NCBI GenBank assembly: GCA_905616465.1
Contig: CAJQSX010000005.1
Span: forward strand, 14,994-78,993
Direction: 5' to 3'
DNA from: an uncultured Candidatus Pelagibacter sp.
GTDB taxonomy: Bacteria; Pseudomonadota; Alphaproteobacteria; Pelagibacterales; Pelagibacteraceae
DNA: 64,000 bases
Each line of letters begins with the position of its first letter. Positions within the stretch are counted from its first letter, which is position 1. The notes beneath the pieces were generated by a model. It was given only the letters and a program-made list of their open reading frames with translations, did not search any database and was not told the origin of the DNA. The translations under genes and the position numbers were made by a program. Below are positions 47,079 to 57,043 of the stretch, piece by piece.

Positions 47079-49417
47079 TAAGCTCTGACACGAGTTTTTT
47101 GAGGGTCGAAGTGAGGAAACCCAACAACTTTTGCTGGTATTCTTTTTTGATGACCATCAATTTTCCCGACCTCAACATCTGTACCGATTTCTGATTGACC
47201 AACATCAATTCTACATAAAGCAATGTTCTTACTCAAAGTTGGTGATAGACACCCACTTGTTACAATACCAATTTGAGCTCTTCCAATGTGAACACAATCT
47301 CCATGATTAGCTTTTTCTTTTCCAATTAGCTCAAGCCCAACTAATTTTTTTTGTGGATTTTCTTTTCTTTTAATCAAATTCTCTTTACCAATAAAGTCGT
47401 CAGTTTTTGTTTTAAGTGGCACGGCAAATCCAATACCTGCTTCAAAAGGATCTTGTTGACCATCAAACTCATTACCAAATAAAACTAACCCTGCTTCAAT
47501 TCTTAATAAATCTAGAGCACCAAAACCTGCTGGTATCAAACCTTCATTTTTACCTGCCTCCATTATCTTATCCCAAACTTGAGGAGCATGATCAGGATGA
47601 CACCAAACTTCATACCCAAGTTCTCCTGTATAACCAGTTCTTGATACGATTAATGGAATTCCATTTAACTCTTCAAGTCTACAAATTGTGAATCTAAACC
47701 ACTGTAGTTCTGAAATTGTTGGTTGAGTAGGGGGTGTAAAAATTATTTTTTCTAAGATTTTTCTACTGTTTGGTCCTTGCACAGAAATATTGTTAATTTG
47801 ATCTGTCGAATTCTTGATTATGACTTTAAAGTTTTTCTTTTTTGCTTGTTCTTTTAACCATTCTCCAGCATATTCATCTCCACAAACCCATCTAAAACCT
47901 GTTTCACTTAGTCTTAACAAAGTACCATCATCAAACATTGTACCATTTTCATAACACATTGCTGAATAAACTATTTGGCCAACAGATAGTTTTTTAATGT
48001 TTCTTGTTAAAGTGTAATTCATTAATTCCTCAGCATCAGGCCCTAAAATTTCAAATTTTCTTAAAGAAGATAAATCAATTACAACTGCCTTTTCTCTACA
48101 GGCGGTATACTCATTAATAATACCGTGTTTAGTATAGTCATTTGGTAACCAAAAACCTCGAGCGTCAATAAAGTTTCTAGTTAGTTTTGAGGTTCTTTCA
48201 TAAAAGCCTGTATTTCTAGTAAGTTTTTTTTCAGAGTCTGTTTTCATTCTAAAAGCAAAAGATTTTGTAAATTCTTTTTTCTTGTCATAAGTTCTAACAA
48301 AAATATCAGTTGGATTCCAACCATTACAGCTATCAATATCACTAGGACAAGCAGTTGTGCCGCAAGTCAAGTCTTTAAGGGCTCTAAAGATAATATAATC
48401 GCCAGGTCTTGCAAAAGATTCATCTGATAGCACAGAGTTTTGACCTCCTGCAGAGGTGTTAAAGAACAAGTTAATCGCATGCCAACCTCTTTGTTTTTGA
48501 AGACCATATTTTTCCATTACTTCATTTAAATTGTCAGAACAATTTGCATGACCAAAATATCCCGCATCTTCATAATATTTCGAGGTACATGCTAAGTTAA
48601 ATGTATCATGAATACCCACTGTGTCTCTCACTACCTCGACAAGTGGTTCATGGTCTACGTCATAAAACTTTGAAAATAAGCCTGGTCCGGGAAAAGTTTG
48701 CCCCATAAAAGTTCTAGTTGTTTGCCAGTCTAATCCATTTTCTTTTCCTTTATCTAATTTAGCAGTATCGTATGCTACAAAGTCTGAACATTGTCTCCCT
48801 GTAGGAGTAATTATTTGAATATAATCACCTTCTTTAACTTGGTAAGAATTTGCAGTAGTTCTTTCAATATTGATTTCATTAGAAGGATCATAAACAGGGT
48901 CTGGAATTATAGAAAATTCCTTATCATCTTTAATAATAGATTTCTTTACCATTACAGTAAGTTCAGTTGCTGGATTCTGTTCATGAACCATCATTCCATT
49001 TCCTGGTGCCGCAAAGATACAATAACATTTATCTTTTGATCTTATTTTAATACTGTCACCAGCATTTGTTTCTTTATTAAAAATTATAGATGATTTTGAT
49101 TTTTCAATATTTAAGTTTCGTTTTTTTAATTGCAGTAAAGCCTGCAAAGAAGTTTCATCTTTTTTAAAAAGTATTTTTTTAATCTCAGATATATCTTTAA
49201 TTTTTTTTAAACCTAAAATATCAAGATCAGATTTTCCATCTTTATTAAAAACTGAAATTTCACAAATTTGATTACCTTCATTATTGATGATTTCTATTTC
49301 ATCATCTGGTAAAATTTGAATTCCAGTCAATCCACCACCTTCAACAATATATCTTTCAACTCCAGGTGGTAGCGAATTTAATCCTGGTTCATTAATATCT
49401 AAAGTAGTTAGCGACAT
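47078..49417 (-). CDS. tdm: Trimethylamine N-oxide demethylase (DUF1989 + GcvT fusion)
   Basis: GRQCSDF, HDTFNLAC..KYYED.GYFGH.NCSDN, ACPSDID; C-terminal GcvT domain (DLSSLRKFEILGPDAE, RTGYTGELGYE, LRIEAG); divergent from tmoX. Confidence 0.9.
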   Translation of the reverse strand: MSLTTLDINEPGLNSLPPGVERYIVEGGGLTGIQILPDDEIEIINNEGNQICEISVFNKDGKSDLDILGLKKIKDISEIKKILFKKDETSLQALLQLKKRNLNIEKSKSSIIFNKETNAGDSIKIRSKDKCYCIFAAPGNGMMVHEQNPATELTVMVKKSIIKDDKEFSIIPDPVYDPSNEINIERTTANSYQVKEGDYIQIITPTGRQCSDFVAYDTAKLDKGKENGLDWQTTRTFMGQTFPGPGLFSKFYDVDHEPLVEVVRDTVGIHDTFNLACTSKYYEDAGYFGHANCSDNLNEVMEKYGLQKQRGWHAINLFFNTSAGGQNSVLSDESFARPGDYIIFRALKDLTCGTTACPSDIDSCNGWNPTDIFVRTYDKKKEFTKSFAFRMKTDSEKKLTRNTGFYERTSKLTRNFIDARGFWLPNDYTKHGIINEYTACREKAVVIDLSSLRKFEILGPDAEELMNYTLTRNIKKLSVGQIVYSAMCYENGTMFDDGTLLRLSETGFRWVCGDEYAGEWLKEQAKKKNFKVIIKNSTDQINNISVQGPNSRKILEKIIFTPPTQPTISELQWFRFTICRLEELNGIPLIVSRTGYTGELGYEVWCHPDHAPQVWDKIMEAGKNEGLIPAGFGALDLLRIEAGLVLFGNEFDGQQDPFEAGIGFAVPLKTKTDDFIGKENLIKRKENPQKKLVGLELIGKEKANHGDCVHIGRAQIGIVTSGCLSPTLSKNIALCRIDVGQSEIGTDVEVGKIDGHQKRIPAKVVGFPHFDPQKTRVRA

Positions 49418-49457
49418 TTTTAATTCTTTTGAATTATCTTATATAAATATCTTACTG

Positions 49458-49486
49458 TTGACTATCATTTTACTTAAGCACATAAT
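49458..49486 (+). promoter_or_regulatory. Sigma70-type promoter of tmoX
   Basis: TTGACT (49458-49463), 17-bp spacer, CATAAT (49481-49486); 30 bp before the ATG. Confidence 0.6.
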
Positions 49487-49516
49487 GTTTGAACTAATAT
49501 TACGAAAGGGAATAAA

Positions 49517-50485
49517 ATGAAAAATAAAACATTACCGATAATTCTTGGTGTTGTTGTTATCGCTGTTGCCGTTTTCTTCATGAGTGGAGGAGATAAAAGT
49601 GCTAAAAAAGGTGGTGATAGCTCTCAACCTATAATTATTGCCACACATAACTGGTCAAGCCAAATTGTAATGGCTCACGTTATTGGTGGAATTTTTGAAA
49701 GCATGGGAAATAACGTAAGCTATGTAAACACTGACTCACAAGCTGTATATGAATCAATTCGTATTGGTGACGTATCACTAGCTCATGAAGTTTGGGAATC
49801 TGCTTTTGGTAAATCATTCACTACAGCACTTGATAAAGGTGGCATAGTTGATTGGGGTGATCATGAAGCAAGAACTCTTGAGGATATGGGTTATCCTAAC
49901 TGGGTTGCTGATAAGGGACTATGTCCTGGTCTTCCAGATTGGACCGCACTAAAAAATCCAGATTGTGCTGCAAACTTTACAACACCTGATTCAGATGGAA
50001 AAGGAAGAATGTTAGAAGGTCCACAATCTTGGCACGGAGATTTAATACCTCAGAGAGTTGATGCTCTTGGGTTAGGAGATCTTTGGACAGTTAAATTTGC
50101 TGGAAGTGCAGATGCACTTTGGGCAGAACTTAAAGCTGCTGAGAAAGAAGGAAGAGGAACTATAATATTCAACTGGACTCCAAACTTTACGGATGGAAAA
50201 GGTTTTACATTTATAGACTTCCCTCCATACTCTGCTGGTTGTAGACCAGAAGATGGCGGTGATGGAAAATGTGGATCTCCAGATGGTTATTTGAAAAAAG
50301 CTGTTAACGCAGACTTTCCAACAACTCATCCAGCTGCAGCAGCAGTGTTTAAAAAGATGTCATTCTCAACAAGTCATATTGGAGCAATGGCTGCTTTAGT
50401 AGACGAAGATAAGATGACTCATGAAGATGCTGCGAAAAAATGGTTAGCAGACAATAAGAGTGTTTGGCAACCTTTTACCAAGTAA
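49517..50485 (+). CDS. tmoX: TMAO ABC transporter substrate-binding protein (OpuAC family)
   Basis: HNWSSQIVM, DSQAVYESIR.GDV..HEVW, CPGLPDW, FNWTPNF; divergent from tdm. Confidence 0.85.
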   Translation: MKNKTLPIILGVVVIAVAVFFMSGGDKSAKKGGDSSQPIIIATHNWSSQIVMAHVIGGIFESMGNNVSYVNTDSQAVYESIRIGDVSLAHEVWESAFGKSFTTALDKGGIVDWGDHEARTLEDMGYPNWVADKGLCPGLPDWTALKNPDCAANFTTPDSDGKGRMLEGPQSWHGDLIPQRVDALGLGDLWTVKFAGSADALWAELKAAEKEGRGTIIFNWTPNFTDGKGFTFIDFPPYSAGCRPEDGGDGKCGSPDGYLKKAVNADFPTTHPAAAAVFKKMSFSTSHIGAMAALVDEDKMTHEDAAKKWLADNKSVWQPFTK

Positions 50486-50503
50486 GGGTAAAGAATAAAT
50501 TAT

Positions 50504-50538
50504 AATCTCTCCCAACAAAATTGGGGGAGATTTTTTTT
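50504..50538 (+). terminator. Intrinsic terminator after tmoX
   Basis: AATCTCTCCCAA-caaaa-TTGGGGGAGATT followed by a T tract. Confidence 0.85.
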
Positions 50539-50585
50539 AATTATACTGTCTTATAAAGAATTCAAACTACGGATTTATTATTTAA

Positions 50586-51029
50586 ATGATTAAGTATTTT
50601 TTATATCTCTCTCTTAGCTTGCTAACTTTAAAAGCATCTTTTGCACAAAATATAGACATACAAGAAGATATTAAAATTGACTTTGTATGCGAATTAGAAA
50701 AAAAAATTCTTAAGAATTCAGAATATAATTATCAAACTTTTTTTGCTAATGATTTAAATGAAAAAAATTTAGACAAATTTGAAATTGATGCACAACAGCC
50801 AGAAAAACTTTTGATTAATGGATTATCAATGTTCCTTTCAAAAAATATAGAACTAGATGTAAAAGTTGTAAACAAAGATATAGTTTTATTTAAAGCTTTT
50901 GATAAGGAAAAGAATTATTCAGAATCTGGAATAATTAATAGAAAATCAGGTGAATTAGTTCATGAAATTACAAAAAACATAAAAAGTGATAATTTTGAAA
51001 AAGACATTTCCTTTTATAAATGTAGTTAA
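50586..51029 (+). CDS. Exported hypothetical protein
   Basis: Signal peptide (..ASFA); two Cys; INRKSG motif near the C-terminus. Confidence 0.65.
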   Translation: MIKYFLYLSLSLLTLKASFAQNIDIQEDIKIDFVCELEKKILKNSEYNYQTFFANDLNEKNLDKFEIDAQQPEKLLINGLSMFLSKNIELDVKVVNKDIVLFKAFDKEKNYSESGIINRKSGELVHEITKNIKSDNFEKDISFYKCS

Positions 51030-51038
51030 AATAAAAAC

Positions 51039-51413
51039 ATGAAAAAATATATTTTTTATATAATTCTAAGTTTTTTAATTACAACTTCAGTGTCAGCTAG
51101 AAAAACGGGTTGTGAGGGAAACTGTGAAAATGGTTTTGGTAAATGGACTTATACAGACAAAACTACTTATGAGGGTAATTGGGTTGGTACACAGAAACAT
51201 GGGCAAGGAATTGAAACTTGGCCTAATGGATACATTTACAAAGGTGAATTTAAAAAGAGTGAGTGGAGTGGGCAGGGAATTTTAACCTTTCCTGATGGGT
51301 CTATTTATGAAGGTGAATGGGCCAATGGTTTTATGAATGGAAAAGGCAAATTTATTTGGTCTGATGGAAAAGAAAAAATAGGAATTTGGAAAAATGGCAA
51401 ATTAAAAGAATAA
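51039..51413 (+). CDS. Exported MORN-repeat protein
   Basis: Signal peptide; C.GNCENG.G; repeats YEGNW..G..HGQG, YKGEF..G.G, YEGEW.NG.MNGKG. Confidence 0.85.
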   Translation: MKKYIFYIILSFLITTSVSARKTGCEGNCENGFGKWTYTDKTTYEGNWVGTQKHGQGIETWPNGYIYKGEFKKSEWSGQGILTFPDGSIYEGEWANGFMNGKGKFIWSDGKEKIGIWKNGKLKE

Positions 51414-51415
51414 TT

Positions 51416-51970
51416 ATGAATATAAGATATTTTAGCAAGTTAAGAGAATTATTGCCTGAGCCAGTTAGACAGTTGGGTGGCCTTGTTTCCTTAATATTTG
51501 TTGTGATTTTTTCTTTTGCTATTTTAAATGTTTTTTTTGGTGAAGGTGATGAATTGGTTGAAAAAATGAAAAAAGAAGAAACAAGAATTGCAGAAGCCAA
51601 TAAACTAAGTAAAATTATTTCCACACTTCCGTCTGGTATTTTAACTTTTTATGAAGGAAGTGGAAATTACAAATTATCTAAAGAACAATATGAAACAGTC
51701 TGCAAAATAACAAAAATTATTCCTCAACGTGCTGTTATGGGCGCTAATTTAATAAATTTTAAAGCTACACAAATATATAATACTAATGGAAATCAAATAG
51801 CCGAAACATTTGTTAATTGGGATAAAAAAGAAAAAAAATGTATTGCTGGTTTTGTTTTAATAGGAAGTGTTAATGGTGGAGAAAAAGACAAAATTACTGT
51901 CAGTGGGGAAGTTTTAAATTTTTTAAGCACAGGAATCGATACAAGAGTTTATTTTATTAAAAATTTTTAA
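51416..51970 (+). CDS. Hypothetical membrane-anchored protein
   Basis: ORF track starts at TTG 51386; the ATG at 51416, 2 bp after the MORN gene stop, is the likelier start. One TM helix. Confidence 0.65.
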   Translation: MNIRYFSKLRELLPEPVRQLGGLVSLIFVVIFSFAILNVFFGEGDELVEKMKKEETRIAEANKLSKIISTLPSGILTFYEGSGNYKLSKEQYETVCKITKIIPQRAVMGANLINFKATQIYNTNGNQIAETFVNWDKKEKKCIAGFVLIGSVNGGEKDKITVSGEVLNFLSTGIDTRVYFIKNF

Positions 51971-52043
51971 GGAGGAAAATAATAATTACAGAAAATTTAA
52001 AAAGTGTATTTTGTTTTTATATCGTGTAACTTATTAATTTATT

Positions 52044-53075
52044 ATGACTAATGCTGTAATTAAGTGTGATTCAGTTTACAAAATTTTCGGGGTAAACGCA
52101 AAAAAGATGCTCCAAGATGCCAACGGAAATGTGGATGCAAAAAAATTTCAAGATAATGGGTGTATAGTAGGTGTAAACAATGCTTCTTTCGAAGTTTTAA
52201 AAGGAGAAATGCTAGTTGTGATGGGTTTATCTGGATCAGGAAAATCAACATTATTAAGATGCATTTCCAGATTAACAGATGCTACTAGTGGAAAAATTTT
52301 TATAGAAGGTCAAGACTTACTTTTATTAAACAATAAAGAGTTAATTGATCTTAGAAGAAATAAAATGGGAATGGTGTTTCAAAGTTTTGCTCTACTTCCA
52401 CATAAAACAGTTTTAGAAAATATTGCTTTTCCACTTCAAATTAAAGGCATTGAAGATCAAGAGAGCATCAATAAGGCTATGGACATGGTTAAACTTGTTG
52501 GCCTTGATGGAAGGGAAAATTATTTTCCAAGAGAGCTTTCTGGGGGACAACAGCAAAGAGTAGGTATTGCTCGCTCATTAGCAGTTGAACCTGATATTTG
52601 GTTTTTAGATGAACCTTTTTCTGCATTAGATCCTTTAATTAGAAAAGAAATGCAGGATGAATTTTTGCGACTTCAAGAAAAATTACAAAAAACAATTATG
52701 TTTATTACACATGATTTTGACGAAGCATTAAAGCTTGCTGATCGTATTGCAATTATGAAAGATGGAATAATTGAACAATTAGATACCCCAGCTAATATTG
52801 TATTAAACCCTGCAACGGAATATGTCAGGAAATTTACTCAAGAGGTACCTAGAGAAAAAGTATTGAAAATAGAAGATATTATGGAAAAACCACATAATGA
52901 AAATTTAAGTGATTTAAAAGTTTTGAAAAATGAAACAATCGAAAATGTAGCTGAAAAGATTTTAACTCAAGAAAAATCTGTAGGAGTAATTGATGAAAAT
53001 AATCAAATTGTTGGAACTGTTCACCCTTCAAAAATAATTAATACTGTTTTTGGTGGAAAAAAAAATAGCGATTAA
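52044..53075 (+). CDS. tmoW: TMAO/betaine ABC transporter ATP-binding subunit (ProV/OpuAA family)
   Basis: MGLSGSGKST, VFQSFALLPH, LSGGQQQRVG, DEPFSALDPLIR. Confidence 0.85.
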   Translation: MTNAVIKCDSVYKIFGVNAKKMLQDANGNVDAKKFQDNGCIVGVNNASFEVLKGEMLVVMGLSGSGKSTLLRCISRLTDATSGKIFIEGQDLLLLNNKELIDLRRNKMGMVFQSFALLPHKTVLENIAFPLQIKGIEDQESINKAMDMVKLVGLDGRENYFPRELSGGQQQRVGIARSLAVEPDIWFLDEPFSALDPLIRKEMQDEFLRLQEKLQKTIMFITHDFDEALKLADRIAIMKDGIIEQLDTPANIVLNPATEYVRKFTQEVPREKVLKIEDIMEKPHNENLSDLKVLKNETIENVAEKILTQEKSVGVIDENNQIVGTVHPSKIINTVFGGKKNSD

Positions 53076-53078
53076 AAT

Positions 53079-55232
53079 ATGGAGCTAATAAAAAAAAATC
53101 CAAAATTATTTCAATGGTTATTTTTATTAATTGTATTTTTCTTTTTATGCTTTGCAATTGAAGTTCCTGAAACCTACAAATTTATAAGAGGTCAGGCCGA
53201 ATTCATTAAAGACCCAAATCAAAGCACTTACACACTCTTTGGAGCAGAGGTAAGATATTACGCATTTGATGTTTTTTGGAGGTTGCCTCCTCTACTTGGG
53301 TGGCTGCCTATTTGGATAAATGATTCCTTATTTTTTTTAATGAACGAGTGGATGCCAATGGAGTTTTGGAATGAAAGTACTCAATCATACAAAACTCGAC
53401 CCCTAATTTTGCAATTAACAAGAAACATGACTGCGTTTATGACATTTCTTATCGAACTAATTAGAGAAATTATGTTAGGGGGTGTTCAAACTGTCGTTGC
53501 ATTTACTAGCTGGGACTGGATAGATGCAAATCCATGGGCAAAGCTGCCAGGGTTACCTTGGACAATTGTTGCAGCGGGTGCTGTAATACTTGGATACAAC
53601 TTAAGTGGTAAAGGTCTAGCGTTATTCGCTGGTATAGTTATGATTTATATTTCTATTTTTGGTCAATGGAAACCTTCAATGCAAACACTATCCTTTATAT
53701 TAGTTGCAGCACCACTTTCTTTTATTTTTGGTTTGGGCCTGGGTATTGCAGCGTTCAAAAGTAAACGTGTTGAGAAATTCTTATCCCCAATCCTTTTAGT
53801 TATGCAAACTATGCCTCAATACGCGGTATTAGTTCCCGCAATCGTGCTTTTTGGTGTTGGTGACCATGCGGCTGTTATTATAACAATGGTTGTTGCCGTT
53901 CCTCCAATGATATTATTAACTCTATTAGGTCTTAGAGGAATACCTCCTGAAATTGCTGAAGCTGGTAGAATGAGTGGATGTAATAATTGGCAACTAATGT
54001 TCAAAGTATTAATTCCAACTGCAAGAAGAGACATTTTAATTGGAGTGAATCAAGTTATTATGGTGTGTTTTTCTATGGCAGTTATTTCAGCTTTTATAGG
54101 TGCGAAAGGATTAGGATTTAATTTGTTGTTAGCTTTAAATCAATTGAACATTGGATTAGCATTAGAGGCAGGTTTATGTATTAGTTTAATTGCAATACTT
54201 TTAGATAAAATGTCTTTAGCTTGGGCAAATAAACAAATTGATTACTTTGGTAACTTGACTTTTTTTGAGCAACATAAAAATGGATTGTTTTTTGCTGGTG
54301 CAGTATTAATTGGAATTATACTTGCCTACGCTGGATCATTTTATTTTAAAGAAGGCTTCAATTATTTTTTTGAAGTTCCACACAATAAAGGAATATCTAC
54401 AGCAGATTTTTGGAATAGAGGTGTTGATTGGATTTGGGACACTTTCTTTCATACTTTAAAAATTTTTAACACATGGTTGATAGTAGATGTATTACAGCCC
54501 ATGCGTGCTGCCTATCTACGGATGCCTATTGTTGCAACATTCGTTTTAGTCATGGGTGCTGGATATATAATTGGAGGAATACGTTCTGCTTTTGTAGTGG
54601 GTGCATTAACATTATTTATAGCGCTAAGTCCATGGTGGGATAGAGCTTTAGTTACTACTTACATGGCAACATTTGGAGTTATTATATCTTGTACAATTGG
54701 ATTTACTGTTGGAACATTATGTTTTCAGAATAAATATACTACAAATTTTATGTTGGGCGTTTGTGATATATTTCAAACATTCCCTTCATTTGTATACTTG
54801 ATACCAGTGATGATGCTTTTTGGTGTTACGGATACATCTGTGTTAATTGCAGTAGTTGTTTATGCCACCATTCCTGCCACAAGGTATACTATTGAAGGAT
54901 TGAGAAGTGTACCAGCCGCTTTACATGATGCGGCTTCAATGTCAGGTGTAACAAAAATACAAAGATTAATGAAAATAGAATTTCCTTTAGCCTTTCCTCA
55001 CATGATGCTTGGTTTAAATCAAACCATTGTATTTGCTTTATTTATGGTAATTATTGGAGCGTTTATTGGAACAGAAGATTTGGGACAGTACATTCTAAAA
55101 GCTTTATCTGACAAAAAAGGTGCAGGTATAGGATTAACGCTAGGTCTTTGCGTTGCTTTCATAGGCTTGGTATTTGATCATCTAATTCGAACTTGGGTAG
55201 GGCAAAGAAAAAAACATCTTGGTATTGATTAG
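53079..55232 (+). CDS. tmoV: TMAO/betaine ABC transporter permease, two fused ProW-like domains
   Basis: Duplicated motifs MQTMP.Y / FQTFPSFVY, EAGRMSG / DAASMSG, GVNQ / GLNQ. Confidence 0.85.
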   Translation: MELIKKNPKLFQWLFLLIVFFFLCFAIEVPETYKFIRGQAEFIKDPNQSTYTLFGAEVRYYAFDVFWRLPPLLGWLPIWINDSLFFLMNEWMPMEFWNESTQSYKTRPLILQLTRNMTAFMTFLIELIREIMLGGVQTVVAFTSWDWIDANPWAKLPGLPWTIVAAGAVILGYNLSGKGLALFAGIVMIYISIFGQWKPSMQTLSFILVAAPLSFIFGLGLGIAAFKSKRVEKFLSPILLVMQTMPQYAVLVPAIVLFGVGDHAAVIITMVVAVPPMILLTLLGLRGIPPEIAEAGRMSGCNNWQLMFKVLIPTARRDILIGVNQVIMVCFSMAVISAFIGAKGLGFNLLLALNQLNIGLALEAGLCISLIAILLDKMSLAWANKQIDYFGNLTFFEQHKNGLFFAGAVLIGIILAYAGSFYFKEGFNYFFEVPHNKGISTADFWNRGVDWIWDTFFHTLKIFNTWLIVDVLQPMRAAYLRMPIVATFVLVMGAGYIIGGIRSAFVVGALTLFIALSPWWDRALVTTYMATFGVIISCTIGFTVGTLCFQNKYTTNFMLGVCDIFQTFPSFVYLIPVMMLFGVTDTSVLIAVVVYATIPATRYTIEGLRSVPAALHDAASMSGVTKIQRLMKIEFPLAFPHMMLGLNQTIVFALFMVIIGAFIGTEDLGQYILKALSDKKGAGIGLTLGLCVAFIGLVFDHLIRTWVGQRKKHLGID

Positions 55233-55603
55233 TTAAAATACTCAACTTCAGAAAAAGTATTTGTTGGAAAAATCCAATAAAATTCCAATGTTTCTTTTCC
55301 AATATTTTTTAAAGCATGTTTTGCATTTCCCGCAATATAAACTACATCACCTTTTTTAATTTCTTCTAGCTCACCAGATTTATTTAATATTCCTTTTCCA
55401 TTAGTAACCACGTATATTTCTGCAGGCGAATGATAATGGAGTGTCAAGTCACCACCTGGAGCAATTTCAGCAAAACCAAGTGAAAGTCCAGAGCTACCAA
55501 TAAAATCTGCATCAATTAAGAATTTCCACCTAACACCAGGATATTTATCAGTTGTCGACCATTTTTGGTCAGAGACAGATTTAAGATTTTTTACAAATAT
55601 CAT
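55229..55603 (-). CDS. dddK: Cupin DMSP lyase DddK
   Basis: YPGVRWKFLIDAD, GLSLGFAEIAPGGDLTLHYHSPAEIYVVTNG, LEFYWIFP, FSEVEY closely match recalled Pelagibacter DddK; H56, H58, E62, Y64, H96, W110 and Y122 are all present. Confidence 0.9.
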   Translation of the reverse strand: MIFVKNLKSVSDQKWSTTDKYPGVRWKFLIDADFIGSSGLSLGFAEIAPGGDLTLHYHSPAEIYVVTNGKGILNKSGELEEIKKGDVVYIAGNAKHALKNIGKETLEFYWIFPTNTFSEVEYFN

Positions 55604-55622
55604 GTAAAATCAAGCTTATGGA

Positions 55623-56963
55623 TTATTTTTTAGGTTGATCTAAAAATGTTTTTAAAGAATCGTCCATTGCAACTTCCCAGGCTGTATGATGCTTTGGACC
55701 AATTGATCCAGTTACAGGTGAAGAAAAAGACTTATTTCTATAGGTCATAATATTTTCTACTTTATGGTGTTCCCATTCTTTAAAAGTTTTTCTAATCAAT
55801 TCAAAATCAATTTTTGGATAATCAGATAAAGTATGAAGCTCTTTTGTATACTCAGTCTGAAAATCTATCATTTGATCAGCACTTTCTAATTTTTCTTCCA
55901 TCGATACCCATTTATTTATATCTTTTTCTATTTCTGAACTATCTGGAAGTTTAATCTTTCCCATTATAACATCTCTTGCAAACCAAGCCTGACAATCAAA
56001 CATATTAAAAGTATGAAATTGATCTTGCATACCTAGATATATTAATTTGTGATTATTTTGCCAAACAACACCTTTATACAACCTTGGTGGATACAGTCTA
56101 TTTCCTGTTTTTAATTTTAAGTCTTCAGATAAAAAAGGAAAATGATGAAGGTACCCTGTACATAGAATTACAGCATCTGCTTCCTGAACATGACCATCCT
56201 TAAAAATTGCTTTATTGCCTTCAAGCCTATCAAGGTGAAAAACTTCTTTCATTCCTTTTGGCCAATTAAATCCCATTGGATTATGTCTATAAGCTATTGT
56301 TACACTTTTTGCTCCATACTTATGACACTGAAGAGCGACGTCTTCTGCGGAATAACTACTTCCTAAAACAACTACATTTTTATCTCTAAATTCTTCTGCA
56401 TCTCTAAAATCATGAGAGTGCATTATTCTTCCAGGAAAAGCTTTCATTCCAGGATATTCTGGAATGAACGGAACTGAGAAATGACCATTAGCTATAATAA
56501 CATAATCAAAGACATCCATTGAGGAAGTTGCGTTTTTTTTATCACGATAAGTAACTTCAAAATTATTAGCATTATAGATAACATTAGTAACTGTAGTGCT
56601 AAACTTTATTTTGTTTTTTAAATTCCCTTTTTTTACTCTACCCAAAATATAATCATATAAAACTTCTCTAGGTGGAAATGATGGAATGGGTTTTCCAAAG
56701 TGTTCATCAAATGAATAGTCAGCAAACTCTAAACATTCTTTAGGGCCGTTTGACCAAAGATATCTATACATACTATTAGGTACAGGGTCACCATATTGAT
56801 CAGATCCTGTTCTCCAACTGTAATTCCATAAACCGCCCCAATCTTCTTGTTTATCAAAACAAACTATTTCAGGTATTTTTTCGCCTTTTTTCTCAGCTTG
56901 TTCAAAAGATCTTAAAGCTGACAAACCACAAGGCCCAGCACCGATAATTGCCACTTTAGTCAT
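55623..56963 (-). CDS. tmm: Trimethylamine monooxygenase (bacterial FMO)
   Basis: GAGPCG, WGGLWNYSWRTG, SMYRYLWSNGPKECLEF, FPGRIMHSHDFR, GSSYSAED, GMQDQFHTFNMFD. Confidence 0.92.
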   Translation of the reverse strand: MTKVAIIGAGPCGLSALRSFEQAEKKGEKIPEIVCFDKQEDWGGLWNYSWRTGSDQYGDPVPNSMYRYLWSNGPKECLEFADYSFDEHFGKPIPSFPPREVLYDYILGRVKKGNLKNKIKFSTTVTNVIYNANNFEVTYRDKKNATSSMDVFDYVIIANGHFSVPFIPEYPGMKAFPGRIMHSHDFRDAEEFRDKNVVVLGSSYSAEDVALQCHKYGAKSVTIAYRHNPMGFNWPKGMKEVFHLDRLEGNKAIFKDGHVQEADAVILCTGYLHHFPFLSEDLKLKTGNRLYPPRLYKGVVWQNNHKLIYLGMQDQFHTFNMFDCQAWFARDVIMGKIKLPDSSEIEKDINKWVSMEEKLESADQMIDFQTEYTKELHTLSDYPKIDFELIRKTFKEWEHHKVENIMTYRNKSFSSPVTGSIGPKHHTAWEVAMDDSLKTFLDQPKK

Positions 56964-57043
56964 AAATTAATCTCCATAAAATAAATTTATAACTACATTT
57001 TGCTCACAAAATGCTAAAAAAAGATATAAAAAAATTATCCAAT

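Noticed and set aside
51100-51410. Repetitive GGxxxxGG / TATGAxGG pattern as a possible DNA repeat array or CRISPR
   Set aside because: Degenerate at DNA level and explained by MORN protein repeats; no identical repeats with spacers and no cas genes.
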